Source: Octopus vulgaris (Eukaryota). From it: 64,000 nucleotides of DNA. Positions 13,678-26,728 of this stretch are shown here, one piece after another (positions within the stretch are counted from its first letter, which is position 1; every line of letters begins with the position of its first letter). The stretch is from positions 62,372,001-62,436,000 of the forward strand of contig OX597820.1 in the NCBI GenBank assembly GCA_951406725.2, written 5' to 3'. A program made the position numbers and the translations under genes. A model generated the notes under the pieces. That model had not been told where the DNA came from and did no database searches. It was given only the letters and a program-made list of their open reading frames with translations.

Positions 13678-14489
13678 CTGCCACACAAACATGAATATTT
13701 ATAGAACTAACGATGAACTTTCCAGAAAATCGTATTTTCAAAACGAACAAGTAGCGGATGTGGGGTGGTGTGGAGTGGGGAAGTGGAGAGTGGGGTTGGA
13801 ATGTGATGATTTTAAAAGGGGCGTTGTTGCAGGATGTGTGCGGGTGTGTGTGTGCGCGTGTGTGGTGTACGTGTGTATGTGTGTGCGTATGTGTATGTGT
13901 GTGGGGGGTTGATTGTTGAGTTAGTGGAGCGTATGTACGAAATGAGAGTGAATGAGGAAAGTTATAGAAAGATGAATGAAAAAGACACACAAACAAACAA
14001 ACATAAAGACCTAAAACCAATACCGAAATAAAAACTGGAATGAAAGAGGGCAGGAGGAAGGGAGGAAAGAAAAGGAAAGAAACGAAGGAAAAAAAGAAAG
14101 GACAAGAGAGAAACATAGAAAGAAAGCGAGTTTTAAATCAGCTTTCAAGACAGTAATTAAAATAACATATGATGTGAATATATTGCCGTGGTAGTCATGA
14201 TGGACTTATCCTACTCAAACTCATCAACCTCCTCCACCGATTCCTCCGATTCCTTATCATCATCCCCATCATCATCATCATCATCATACCCATCATCATC
14301 ATCATTATCATCATCATGAACACCATCACTAGACGTTCCAGTCTCTGTAGCAGCACAGAAAACAGTTAAATAGAGTCACTACATATGTCTATTTTTGAGC
14401 AATGCATACATACATATACACATACATACATATATTACATACATACATACATACGTATATTACATACATTACATACATACGTACGCACA

Positions 14490-14745
14490 TAGAGAGGGAG
14501 AAAGAGAGGGGGGAAAGAGAGACAGAGAGAGACAGAGGGAAGGAAGTGAGACAGAGACAGAGAGAGATAAAAAGATAGAGATACGGGGAGAGAGAGACAG
14601 ATAGAAAGAGAGAGAGGCAGAGATGGAGAGCGAGATGCAGAGAACCAGATAGAGAAAGAGAGAGCCAGATGCAGAGAGAGGCAGAGAGAGAAAGAGAGAG
14701 CGAGAGGCAGAGAGAGGAGAGAGCGATACAGAGGCGAAAGAAACA
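14490..14745. repeat. Degenerate (AG)n purine tract
   Basis: Directly visible. Confidence 0.9.
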
Positions 14746-15117
14746 CACACACATACACACACATCCGCATACACAAATACATACCTACATACACATATAT
14801 ACCTCCCCCACAAACAATGACACACACATATGTGTGTGTGTGTGCATGAGATATATAGCTGCGGACATGACTCTGTGGTAAGACGTTTGGTTCCCGGCCA
14901 TGGGATCCAGTTGAATCCCCTCAGGTGATTTACAATCGCTGTCCCCGTAAGTAAAGCTTTGACTTTGATGCCAATACATCCAACTGGCTCTTTTGGTATT
15001 TCTAAGGGTGAACGAGCTCTACTTTAATACTTTCCTACCGGAATACACACACGGACACACACACACACACGCACACACACACACACTCACTCTCTCTCAC
15101 ACACACACACACACATA

Positions 15118-15425
15118 ATACAAAATGGGACAAGAACGCAAAACAACTGGACAGTTAGGTGATCCAAAATGGGACAACAAAACATCCAGATAGACGATAC
15201 AAGGAAAATAAGGAAGGGTCATTCGAAGTTTTCTTTCCTCAGTTCCAGATTATCTTAGCAATTTCGGCTGATTATACTCGAGATCGCTCCAATATGGCCA
15301 GCCCCAAGGAAAGACTAAGCCAAGAGCATTAGATTCCTTGGGAGAAAGCAGCGAAAGTATATAAAAAGAAGTACGGAAAAAAACGGACAATGCTACACAA
15401 ATACAATAAAAATAATAACAGGACG
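15118..15425. repeat. Unclassified interspersed repeat (related fragment at 16940-17050)
   Basis: Shared words GGACAAGAACG, AGACGATACAA and CATTCGAA occur in the same order at both loci. Confidence 0.55.
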
Positions 15426-15489
15426 AGACACCAAGTCAGTCCGGTGTAATTTTCACAGCTCAAAGTAAGGTGAATAAAAAGCAAATAAT

Positions 15490-16320
15490 AATAAGGATGT
15501 CAAGGCATTAGTGCATTACGGCCGTTTCAGGCGGCTCAATTTAATCGATCAATACAAACATTACATCAATTTGAAATACATCGCCTTCCTCGGAGCATAA
15601 GACCATATAGGTTTTCAATATAATAGATACTTCATTATAATTCTTTTAGCAAATTTTCCATCAGATCTGGAGAATAAATGAATTACATGCCTGCTGCTAT
15701 TATTGTAACAGAATGAACTTAGGGAGAAAATAGCCCTACTATTATTTGGGGCAGAAGAGGAAAACAATGAGGGTCATTTATCTAGCATTCACCTATCTCC
15801 TTATCACCATGAAAAGAACTAGCTGCTGATGATAAATTAGCCGTAATAAATTAGTGGTTTGGGAGAGTATCAGACATTAATTAATTATCATCAGCAGCTA
15901 GAACTTAACTGTCAGTTTCCAGTTATTTTAACTCTTAGTGGAGGTAGTATACTAGCTGCATAAGACCTTTTGGTGGTAATAAAGAGATACAAAATGTAGC
16001 TATATTACCATATCAAGACCCTCATTGTCTATCTGTTCTGTCACTCCAAATTTTAGTTGGACTATTTTCTTCCTAGGTTCATTGCGCAACAATAATTGCA
16101 GCAGGCATGTAATTATTTTATTCTCTAGATCTGATAAAAAAAATTGCTAAAAGATTAAAAGGGAGTATCCTGTATATTGAAAACCTATATGGTCTTACGC
16201 AACTAAGGAAAGCGGAATTTCCAAATTGATGTAATACTTGCATTGATCGCTTAAACGGAACCGACCGAAACGGCCGTAATTCACTAATACCTGGACATAC
16301 TTGTTACTGATATGCTTTAT
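15490..16320. mobile_element. Diverged long foldback element (~830 bp)
   Basis: Arms are reverse complements, e.g. TAAGACCATATAGGTTTTCAATATA / TATATTGAAAACCTATATGGTCTTA and CTAGCTGCTGATGATAA / TTATCATCAGCAGCTAG. Confidence 0.85.
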
Positions 16321-16321
16321 A

Positions 16322-16406
<85 letters not shown>

Positions 16407-16510
16407 GTATATATATATGTATACCTATCTATGGATTTATCTATTTCTCTGTATATATATATATATATATACTTTGATACTTTGATACTTTGATAGGTCA
16501 AAGTATCAAA

Positions 16511-16559
<49 letters not shown>

Positions 16560-16763
16560 GGAAAATATTTTTGTAGCTTATTAAAGATGTCCTCGTACGA
16601 AACGATCGTACCGAGATTTTAATCCATTCTTGTTGCTTTTTTCCTATTTATAATCACCCCACTTGTCGTATGGCTAACACCATATAGATATCCGGTGCAT
16701 CCTAGTTAAGGACCATATTCATGTGAATTCTTTAGAATTCACTAGAATCTCAATTACTTAACC

Positions 16764-16809
<46 letters not shown>

Positions 16810-16890
16810 ATATACATATATATATATATGCATATATACATATATATATGTATGTATATATATATATATGCATATATACATATATATATG

Positions 16891-16940
<50 letters not shown>

Positions 16941-17094
16941 TATGTAGAAAAATACAACATGGACAAGAACGTATAACTCTTAGAAGACGATACAATAAAC
17001 ACGGACAGGACATTCGAAACCCTCAGTCTTCAGTCAAGAACCGGATCATCGTAGTAATGATATATACATATATATATGTATGTATATATATATG

Positions 17095-17403
<309 letters not shown>

Positions 17404-17406
17404 AGA

Positions 17407-17441
17407 ATTTAACGTTTCGAGTGGAGCTCTTCGTCAGAAAC
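17407..17441 (-). ncRNA. Minimal type I hammerhead ribozyme (PLE-type) in a pLTR-like fragment
   Basis: GTTT CTGACGA A GAGC TCC ACTC GAAA CG T T AAAT; one stem II mismatch. Confidence 0.6.
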
Positions 17442-18057
17442 ATAGAAAAAGGAAAGGTCCAAGGAAAGGTCCAAGGAAGGGAAGACGGAGAAAGAAAGTC
17501 GTCAACGATACACACTATATATATATATATATATATATATTTAAGAGAATGTATGTGTGTATGTAAATACGACACCGAAACGATGCTTATTAGAGGAAAA
17601 TGAATTTGGTTTTCGGCACCTGCGTCACAAGGAGAAAGTTTTTAGTAATTAGTATCCACAGAGTATAACTCAACTTCCAGGCCACCAACATCGAATGCAT
17701 CCATAAGCCGCCATTTTAAACTGAGTATCAAACCATGAGTGTGTGTACATTTGTAAATGTGTGTGTGTGTCTTGCGTTATATCTGACTATCTACCTACCT
17801 CTTTCTCTCTATCTATTTATCTATCTCTCTCTGTTTCTTACGCTGTTCCCCTTTCAATATATTATTTACCACCCTCTCTCTCATATATATATATTTCTGA
17901 TGCATACCGCTACCCAGCCCTCATTTGATATGACATGTTATGACAGTCAGTCTCAGGAGACGACAGTGTCTGTCTATGTACCTCCCGATATATCTTTGCC
18001 TGTCTCTTCCGTTGCCCTCATTGTAAACATTTCTCATCTCTAAATATATTTACCACA

Positions 18058-18424
18058 CTCCCATTTCAATTCAAGCAGCTTCAATTTGTCAAGTCTTATT
18101 TTTGCCGTGATCATCAACAAATCGCAAGGGTAAACATTTTCAGTTTAAATCTTGAAGAGCCCTGCTTCAACTAGGGTCAACTTTACATCTAAGTACCAAA
18201 TAAAAAAAAAAAAGAAGAAAAAAAAAAAAAGATAAAAGAAGAAAAAAAAGAAAAAATCCCCAAAGACTTCATTTATCAAAGACTTCATTTATTGCCCAAC
18301 ATAATACAGAAATCCGTCCTGATGAAAAGGGCTATCAGTCATGAAAGTCTGAAATGAGATGAAAAATTGAAATAAATGAATTCTATTGTGAAAATTGCCC
18401 GGCAACGACGGGCTACTTAGCTAG
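18058..18424 (+). mobile_element. Helitron 3' fragment: Pif1-like helicase C-terminus + terminal hairpin/CTAG
   Basis: LPFQFKQLQF / FAVIINKSQG* / LEEPCFN*GQLY (helicase motif V-VI region); ends GCCCGGCAACGACGGGC-TACTTAG-CTAG. Confidence 0.85.
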
Positions 18425-18642
18425 AGCGTGTATGTACGAGTGTATGTATGTATGTATGTATGTATGTATGTATGTATGTATGTATGTATGTATGTATGTA
18501 TGTATATGTGTATATATATGAGTATGCACGTATATATATATTATATATTATATATATATATATGAGTATGCATGTATATATATATATATATTATATATAT
18601 ATGAGTATGCATGTATATATATATATATATATATGAGTATGC

Positions 18643-18698
<56 letters not shown>

Positions 18699-18699
<1 letters not shown>

Positions 18700-18925
18700 A
18701 GGCGAGGTGGCAGAAGCGTTAGCACGCCGGGCGAAATGCGTAGCCCTATTTCGTCTGCCGTTACGTTCTGAGTTCAAATTCCGCTGGGGTCGACTTTGCC
18801 TTTCATCCTTTCGGGGTCGATAAATTAAGTACCAATTACGCACTGGGGTCGATGTAATCGACTTAATACGCTTGTTTGTCTTTGTTTGTCCCCTCTGTGT
18901 TTAGCCCCTTGTGAGTAGTAAAGTA
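18699..18925 (+). mobile_element. SINE family A
   Basis: Near-identical to 3855-4089 and 21072-21310. Confidence 0.9.
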
Positions 18926-18937
18926 ATATATAAATAT

Positions 18938-19107
18938 AGTTAATCCAAACATGAAAACACAACAACGCGAGGACGTGGAACAAATATAGTATTATTGGAC
19001 GTTCAGGAAAGAAGGAAAGAAGGAGGGTTTAACGTTTCGAGCGGAGTTCTTCGTCAGAAACATAGGAAGAGGAAAGATCCAAAGGAGGGAAGACACGCGC
19101 GGTCACA
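18938..19107 (-). mobile_element. Short PLE pLTR-like repeat carrying a minimal hammerhead (19027-19061)
   Basis: GTTT CTGACGA A GAAC TCC GCTC GAAA CG T T AAAC; same family as 35472-35682 and 17405-17515. Confidence 0.7.
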
Positions 19108-19468
19108 TATATATATATATTTATATATGTATGTATATGTGTGTGTGCACGTGTCATTGTGTCGGTGTCCACCTGTAAAATTAACGGTTTAGCAAATGAG
19201 ACCAACGGAAGAAAACAGGCTTAAAAAGCGAACAAACAGCAACAGCAACAAAAAAGAAAAACAAAATCTAAGTACTGCGGTCGACTCATTCGTCTGAAAC
19301 CGTTCAAGACGAGGCCCAAGCGTGGTCGCAGTCCAATAACTGAGAGAACTAAAAGATAAAAGACAAAAGATAAAAGATAATATTTGTCCCAGATCTCAAA
19401 GTGCGTGATCGAACTCGTCCTTCATGCAAGTGCAGCTTACCTATTATCTGTGCAGTCATATGTGCATA

Positions 19469-19863
19469 TCTTTATATATAAAAGTGAAGTTGTGTGTCTG
19501 TCTCCTACGATTTAGATTCCTAACTACTCCCACATTTTGCGGTGCAGTGTAACCAAAAGCGGGTATCTTATAGTCGTGATTCATATCGAGCCCTTCTGGG
19601 TATTAGCGCGCGTCTACGATGAGTCTACGATTTAAAAAAAAAATTGCCAGCATTTTTTTCCATTTTTAATGCTTTTTTTTGCTATTATATAAGGGAAGTA
19701 ACTCTCTAAAAATTTATTATTATATCTCAGAACGTAAAAAGCTACAGTAACACCCCTCTTTGTGGTTAGCCATATTGAGATGGCTATTATACTTTACATC
19801 TCTAAAAATGCTTATATAGTTATTTCCCTTACAAACTCGAGCAACGCTGGACGATACTGCTAG
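19469..19863 (+). mobile_element. Non-autonomous Helitron (~395 bp)
   Basis: Inserted between A and T; starts TCTTTATATATAAAAG and ends with imperfect hairpin CGAGCAACGCTGG...CTAG. Confidence 0.8.
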
Positions 19864-21071
19864 TGATATATAACATGGTCATTCACCTCGACAACACAGT
19901 GTAGTATCAGGTAATTTGATCAACTGGACGATATTTTTGGGGATTCACGTCGAAGAAGCTGAATATTCAAAAGACATACAATACCGTGAATATCCAATTC
20001 TCGACTCAAATCTTCGTGACAAAACGTGATAACCCTGCCTGCTGAAGTACAAGTACAAACCTCTTTCCACCTCATACACACGCACACCAACAGAGACACC
20101 CACCCATGCACAGACGTACGCACACACAAACACACACACACACACACACAAAGTCACACTCGCAGAAACCCTCACGCACCCACACATAAACGCACTCGCT
20201 AATACACGTATACATACACATATATAATACATACAAACAAACCCATCCTCATCTGCAGTAGTACCTCACACTACGAGGACCCGCTTTACCAGAACCCAGG
20301 CTTACGTGTTTTGTCTCTCTGTATATAAAATCTTTGTCTGTCTGTCTGTCTGTCTATCTGTTCCCTATGTATTCTAAAATGTCTCCACCAAATCAAATTA
20401 AATTTTGCAAGGTAATACTATTAAGCCCTGCGAGTGTCAGTATGTAATTTTATTTTCCTTTGGCTTAAAATAATATAGCATTTTCTCGAAAATAATCTTT
20501 TTATGTAAAGACACACGCTTATTACACTATATGTTAATGAGTCTGAGTGTGTGTGTACTTGTATGTGTATGTGTATATGTGTGTATATATACTTATGTAC
20601 ACAACGGATTTTGTTGCTATTTTCGTCTAAAAACACCGGTGGTTGTGAAGGGGTGGAAAGATTAGCACAAATACAAAAACGCAACGCACACACTTACGCA
20701 TGCTCGCGCACACACACACATTCACAAATCAAATAGATGTATGCATATGTATATGTATGCGTGTATATATGCACGTGTATACGTATACAACGGACTTCCG
20801 CATAGTTTCCGTCATCCAAATTCAGTGATAATGCAGTAGTCGACCCAAAGCTATAACAGAAGACTCTTGTCCAAAATGCTGCCTAGTGAGACTGAACCCG
20901 AAACTGTGGTAGCAAAGTAAGCTTCCCAAACACACAGCCAAGTTAGCCCCGGTATGTTTCAAACTCTATTATGAGCCGGAACAAAATACTGCAAGTTATA
21001 TTATCCGATGTTTTGAAGATTCGGTGAAACTACCACGCATCTTCATCCTACAAGAATGATATATATATATA

Positions 21072-21310
21072 AAGGCGGCGAGCTGGCAGACACGTTAGCA
21101 CGCCGGGCGAAATGCCTAGCGGTACTTTGCCTGCCGTTACGTTCTGAGTTCAAATTCCGCCGAGGTCGACTTTGCCTTTCATCCTTTCGGGGTCGATAAA
21201 GTAAGTACCAGTTACGCACTGGGATCGATCTAATCGACTTAATCCGTTTGCCGTTTGTCTGTCCTTGTTTGTCCCCTCTAAGTTTAGCTCTCTTTGGGCA
21301 ATAAAGAAAT
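21072..21310 (+). mobile_element. SINE family A
   Basis: Full head-to-tail match to other copies. Confidence 0.9.
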
Positions 21311-21317
21311 ACGAATG

Positions 21318-21357
<40 letters not shown>

Positions 21358-21884
21358 CATATGTGTGTGTGTGTAAACAAAATTCTACATGTAAACATAA
21401 ATTCTGTCACTCACTTAGATTCTTACATAGGTCCAAATGCAAGCAAAATTAACACACATAACGCTTGCCTTTATGCATCCACTGTCGTTACAATATACGT
21501 ACGTTTTTATCTTTTCTTCTCTATCAACACAAGTATCATAGAAGCTATCTAACTTCAATAATCATTTTTTATTTTTTTATTTTAAATTTAAATTTTTCAT
21601 CTATAACCATGTTAATTTTTAATTTTAATTTGTAATTCTTTAGTTTTATCCTTTATCTATTTAATTTTATTTTTATTCTGTATATACTCCCTTAAGCTAG
21701 GCTTCTATTTTTAGCTATCCCTACTGACCACTGAACTAAATTTTCTTTTTGACCACACCGAACCTAGAATTCATTTATTTAATTAATAGACATAAACACC
21801 TTCCCCTTCCACTTTAACAAAACCTTAGGGCCTGACTTTTCATCCCGAACCGACTCTTACGAAGAATAAAACTGGGATTTTTAC

Positions 21885-22280
21885 TCTTTTACTTGTTTCG
21901 GTCACTTGACTGCGGCCATGCTGGAGCACCGCCTGTAGTCGAGCAAATTGACCACAGAGTTTATTCTTTGTAAGCCTAGTACTTATTCTATCGGAATCTT
22001 TCGACGAACCGCTAGGTTACGGGGACGTAAAGACACCAGCATCGGTTGTCAAGCGATATTGAGGGGAAAACATACACAAACATACACATACATACATGTA
22101 CATATATACATATATACGACGGGCTTCTTTCAGTTTCTGTCTACCAAATCCATTCATAAGGCTTTGGTCGGCCCGAAGCTATAGTAGAAGACACTTGCCA
22201 AAGGTGTCACACAGTGGGATTGAACCCGGGACCATTTGGTTCGTAAGCAAGTTACTTACCACGCAGCCACTCCTGCGCCT
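21885..22280 (-). mobile_element. SINE family B
   Basis: Full-length; minus head AGGCGCAGGAGTGGCTGCGTGGTAAG. Confidence 0.9.
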
Positions 22281-22737
22281 TCTCTATCTTTATTTTTTAA
22301 TTTTTGACTTTATTTTACTTTCGTTCCAATTCATTCTTTCATACCTGTTCCATTCTTTTCTTTTCCCTTTTTCCTTTCCCCCCTCTCTCTTCTATTTACT
22401 CACTCACACCCCATATCAGTCTATCATAATGTCTGTCTTTCTCACTCTATATACCCAGGTGGACCATTTTCATACTAGCTAACCACTTACTTCTATCACT
22501 TAATTCTATTCCTTCAACATGAATGCAATATCCAAAATACTGCCAGGATTTACCTGTGATTATACCTTCAGGGATGTACAGACCAAACTCCATACCCTCT
22601 GGGAAAAATGACTTCTGAATTTTATTCTCTTGTCTGTATTTTCTATCTGCTGTTTTACTTTTCATTCTTCTATCTACTATTTTATTCCTTATAAACTGTG
22701 AACTTCCCTGTTTAGATCTTTCATACAAACTCACCTT

Positions 22738-22813
22738 GTCTCTGATGACGGAATACCCAGTGTACGGGTAAGCTAACCTATCACTTCGGATATCCTAGAA
22801 ACACCTGTAAGAT
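22738..22813 (+). ncRNA. Hammerhead ribozyme motif with extended stem II
   Basis: GTCT CTGATGA C GGAATACCC...GGATATCC TA GAAA CACCTG TA AGAT; stem III region is one base from the palindrome ACAGCTGT. Confidence 0.55.
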
Positions 22814-23036
22814 TTTCAAATTCACCTTACCCTAATTAGATTATTATAAATGACTTGAGATACCTGTCCTGCCTTGGTTTTTGTTGCCGTTTTTCCTCTA
22901 ATATAATATGTACGTGCTAACTCGGAAGCCTGATACGGATCCCTAACTCCAGCCTCAGCTGTGAACTTGGAACCTAACTGGTGACCAATTATAGCACTTA
23001 CTCAGCGTACCTATTCGTTTAGAACACCAGTGAACT

Positions 23037-23290
23037 AGGTTGTTTATGGAAGACCAGCAGTCGCCCATGCATACGGGTCTCTCCTCTCCACGCAACCGAT
23101 GTTATCCAAGGGAGAGGCAAAGGCCGATACACCTTGGCACCAGTGACGTCGCAACTTATTTCTACAGCTGCGTCAACTGGAGAAACGTGAAATAAAGGGT
23201 CTTGCCTAAGAACACAATACACAGCTCGGTCCCGGAATCGACCTCACTCATGACTGTGAGCCCGACACTCTAACCACTGAGCCACGCACC
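23037..23290 (-). mobile_element. SINE family D (tRNA head + CORE-like + RTE-5'-derived body; Ceph-SINE-like)
   Basis: Minus head GGTGCGTGGCTCAGTGGTTAGAG; body CTGGTGCCAAGGTGTATCGGCCTTTGCC...CGTGGAGAGG; homologous to 60832-61170. Confidence 0.75.
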
Positions 23291-23385
23291 TTTACTCTCT
23301 CTCTCCCTCTCTGTCTTTCCCTCTCTCTCTCTCTCCACACACACATACATACATACATATACACACACACACACATACACACACG

Positions 23386-23416
<31 letters not shown>

Positions 23417-23787
23417 TGTAATAATTTTGGGGTTAATAGAAAACTGGTGTAAATATAAATATAGGGCCAGGAAAAGATATCTTTTGGATATAAATACTCC
23501 ATGAGCAGTAAGAACGCCGAAAGACGTCACTATCAAATAAAGGCAGTTATTATATTGATTCCATCTAGATATCTCTTGCAAAATTGTAATAAAGAAAGAG
23601 CAAAATATATTTATTGCTCAACCCGCTGTTCAGATGCAGCAATAGAGTGAAGCCGCAGCTTCGAATAAATGAATAAATGAATAAACTCCAACAAAAATCT
23701 ATTGAGTATTTTTCCTGTCTTTTGTAGTTGGACACTTCATGTATATCTATGTTTGAGTGGGTGATTGAGTGTATGTGTGTGAGTGTG

Positions 23788-23843
<56 letters not shown>

Positions 23844-25314
23844 TATATATATATGTATATACACTGACACATACATACGTATGCATATGTATAAACACAA
23901 ATATATGAACAGTTTTGGTTCTTAATTGACAAGCAATGGTGTTATACTTTATCGAGTCTCGTTAACGCGTCCTACCACGTTTTTGGCGACGATATTAGTG
24001 TTAACGTAACCTGTGAATGTGAATTTTGTCTGTATTCCACACATTACCGAAGCTTTCCAAGGAGATGGATGCTGCAGAACTCTGCGCACATTTCCATAAT
24101 AATCGCTTTCGTCGGTTCTGCGATATGGGTTCCATGTCGTGTTGCGTAGGTGTGTCGCATTATCAGTAATTTCACCATGCGATTGCATTCTTTTCTCTTG
24201 CCACTTGCACTCGACGTTTCTGTATTCACCACCCGTTATTCAGCATCCTCTCACGTTTTCCCCACTGGAGTAGAGGAAGAGAACGCGTAACTCTTCACTG
24301 GGTGTTCAAGGTGACTAGCATTTACATGGTGAAAGAGTAGTTAAATATTTGGCTGTTTAACAGTCAAGATTGGATGGAATGCGATTGCCGATGTTCAGTC
24401 CACCACAAGATGAAGGCCTAGCATGTTCTCTCCACCAACCACAGTCTGATTGGTAGCCGTGAATTTGAGCTTGAGATCATACTGGTTTGATGAACCTATT
24501 CTGCTAAACCGGTTCGGGAGGAGTAGTTAAGTCGATTAAAATACTTAGACGAAACTAATAAAATAATGAAAGTTATATGAATTAATGTTTTACCTTTAAA
24601 GAAACTCTACGTGAGCAATTAAATAATTAATAGTTTGCATAAGATTTCAGTGACAGTATTTTCTAGCAATTTTCTCCAAATAATTAATTCCTACATAACT
24701 TCGTCAATCAGATCCTCTTATCAGCTAAGTAAAAAAGCGGTAACGCAAGTGATAAATGGTTTCAGATAATATTCTTGTTATAAATTTGTTGCTGACGGGT
24801 CAGACGTTCCCTTCAAGTCTTTCTTGAAAGACAGAATAGATTCTATATGGAAACAAGAACATAAGCATATTTTCCCCAGAGAAAGACAATTCTAAAGAAT
24901 GGAGAGAAGTATTGTGCTACAACTTGTTTTATTGATGCTGAAATGAAAATAGGCAAAATCCAAGTCACTGGATTTTGAGCTCAGAGAACTAGAATAAAGC
25001 ATTCTCTTCCTATACTCAAAGACTTTGCCAACTCACTGCCATTATATAACTATCTATGTATAGGCATGCTCAAACTTGGTGCATAAATATTTACATGTTA
25101 TGCATATATGCACAGGTAAGTCCCGTAAATGCGAAACAAGGTGGAAACAATAGTACACGAATATCAAAGGTAAAGTGATATACTGTTCTATTAAAGCAGG
25201 AAAAATCTTCACAAACTGTTAATCAGAGCTTAACGTGAACATTCACCTATTATCACAACTTAACGATGAACGGTCACGTGAAACTATTATGTACACACAC
25301 ACACACACACGCCT

Positions 25315-25364
<50 letters not shown>

Positions 25365-25539
25365 ACACACATACGCGCGCTCACATACTCGCACGCGCAC
25401 GCACAAACAACACAGACACACACATATACATATTTGTTGTATCTTGTATCTTGGAAGGGTCAACTCACGAATCCACATCAAGAATCTTTCAAATCAAAGG
25501 CAAAAGCGAAGATTGTTTTTATGCTCAATTATAATAATG

Positions 25540-26103
25540 CTTTCTACTATAGGCACACAGCCTAGATATTGTGGAGAGGGGGACAATAGATCACATGGTC
25601 CCCAGTACTAAATTGGTACTTAATTTATTGACCCCGAAAGGATGAAAGGCAAAGTTGAACTCAGAACGTAGCGACAGGCAAAATACCTATTTCTTTACTA
25701 CCCACAAGGGGCTAAATGCGGAGAGGACAAACAAGTACAGAAAAACGGATTAAGTCGATTATATCGACCCCAGTGCGTAAATGGTACTTATTTAAACGAC
25801 CCTGAAAGGATGAAAGACAAAGTCGACCTCGGCGGAATGTGAACCGAGAACGTAACGGCAGGCGATATACCTGTTTCTTTATTACCCACAAGAGGTTAAG
25901 CATAGAGGGGACAAACAAGGACAGAGAAACGGATTAAGTCGATTAAATCGACTCCAGTGCGTAACTGGTACTTAATTTACCGACCCCGAAAGTATGAAAG
26001 GCAAAGTCGATCTCGGCGGAATTTGATCTCAGAACAGAGCGGCAGACGAAATACTGCTAAGCATTTTGCCCGGCGTGCTGACGATTCTGGCAGCTCACTG
26101 CCT
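25540..26103 (-). mobile_element. Compound/tandem SINE family A
   Basis: The central module ...CCCCGAAAGGATGAAAGGCAAAGT... occurs three times behind one head. Confidence 0.85.
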
Positions 26104-26196
26104 TATGATCAATCATAATAACAATAAAAACAAACCCACCAGTTTTACATTCCTCTGAAGAGTTACTCCATTTTTTTGTAAAGAATGAATGAATAT

Positions 26197-26627
26197 ATTA
26201 ATTTCCAGTAAACGCTGCCGTAATCTCTTTTATAGAGACTTAGTAATTTTAATATTTCTATTATTGAAAACAAGTGGATGTATTCCACTGAAACTAGGTA
26301 AATAGAAACCTTCGAACAGAGACGTCAGTGGCGACACCTGCGGGATCTGACTGCGCTACATTGACAAGGAGCAATACCCCGAAACGCGTCTGTAGCCGTC
26401 GGACTGGCAGTGTGAAGCGGCTGACCTCCCTTGTTCGAAGGTTATAATGGATACAGATCGTGTATCAATAGCTATCTTAAGGCGGTAGCCTCATGGAGCT
26501 GACCAGCGGCAGCGATTATTCTTATATCTATAAGAATGCCATATTAATATGGCGATAACAATTAATTTCCAGTAAACGCTGCCGTAATCTCTTTTATAGA
26601 GACTTAGTAATTTTAATATTTCTATTA
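26197..26627 (+). mobile_element. 364-bp terminally redundant element with internal hammerhead (retrozyme/PLE-like)
   Basis: Identical 67-bp direct repeats at 26197-26263 and 26561-26627; AATGAATATATTA on both flanks; homologous to the hairpin element at 53109-53468. Confidence 0.75.
26346..26403 (+). ncRNA. Type I hammerhead ribozyme, U3-A8 variant
   Basis: TCTGAC-TGC-GCTACA TTGACAA GGAG CAATA CCCC GAAA CGCG TC TGTAGC-C-GTCGGA: 6-bp stem I plus extension, GUC site, palindromic ACGCGT stem III. Confidence 0.75.
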
Positions 26628-26728
26628 ATGAATATATTATTTTATAACAAGAATAATATTGGCAGTGACTTCGAAGTTTCAGCCCGATAAACGATCATCG
26701 GATATCCAAATATATATATGTGCGTGTG

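Noticed and set aside
25215-25290. CGATGAACGGTCACGTGAAAC hammerhead-like motif
   Set aside because: Core start and stems I/III are not intact.
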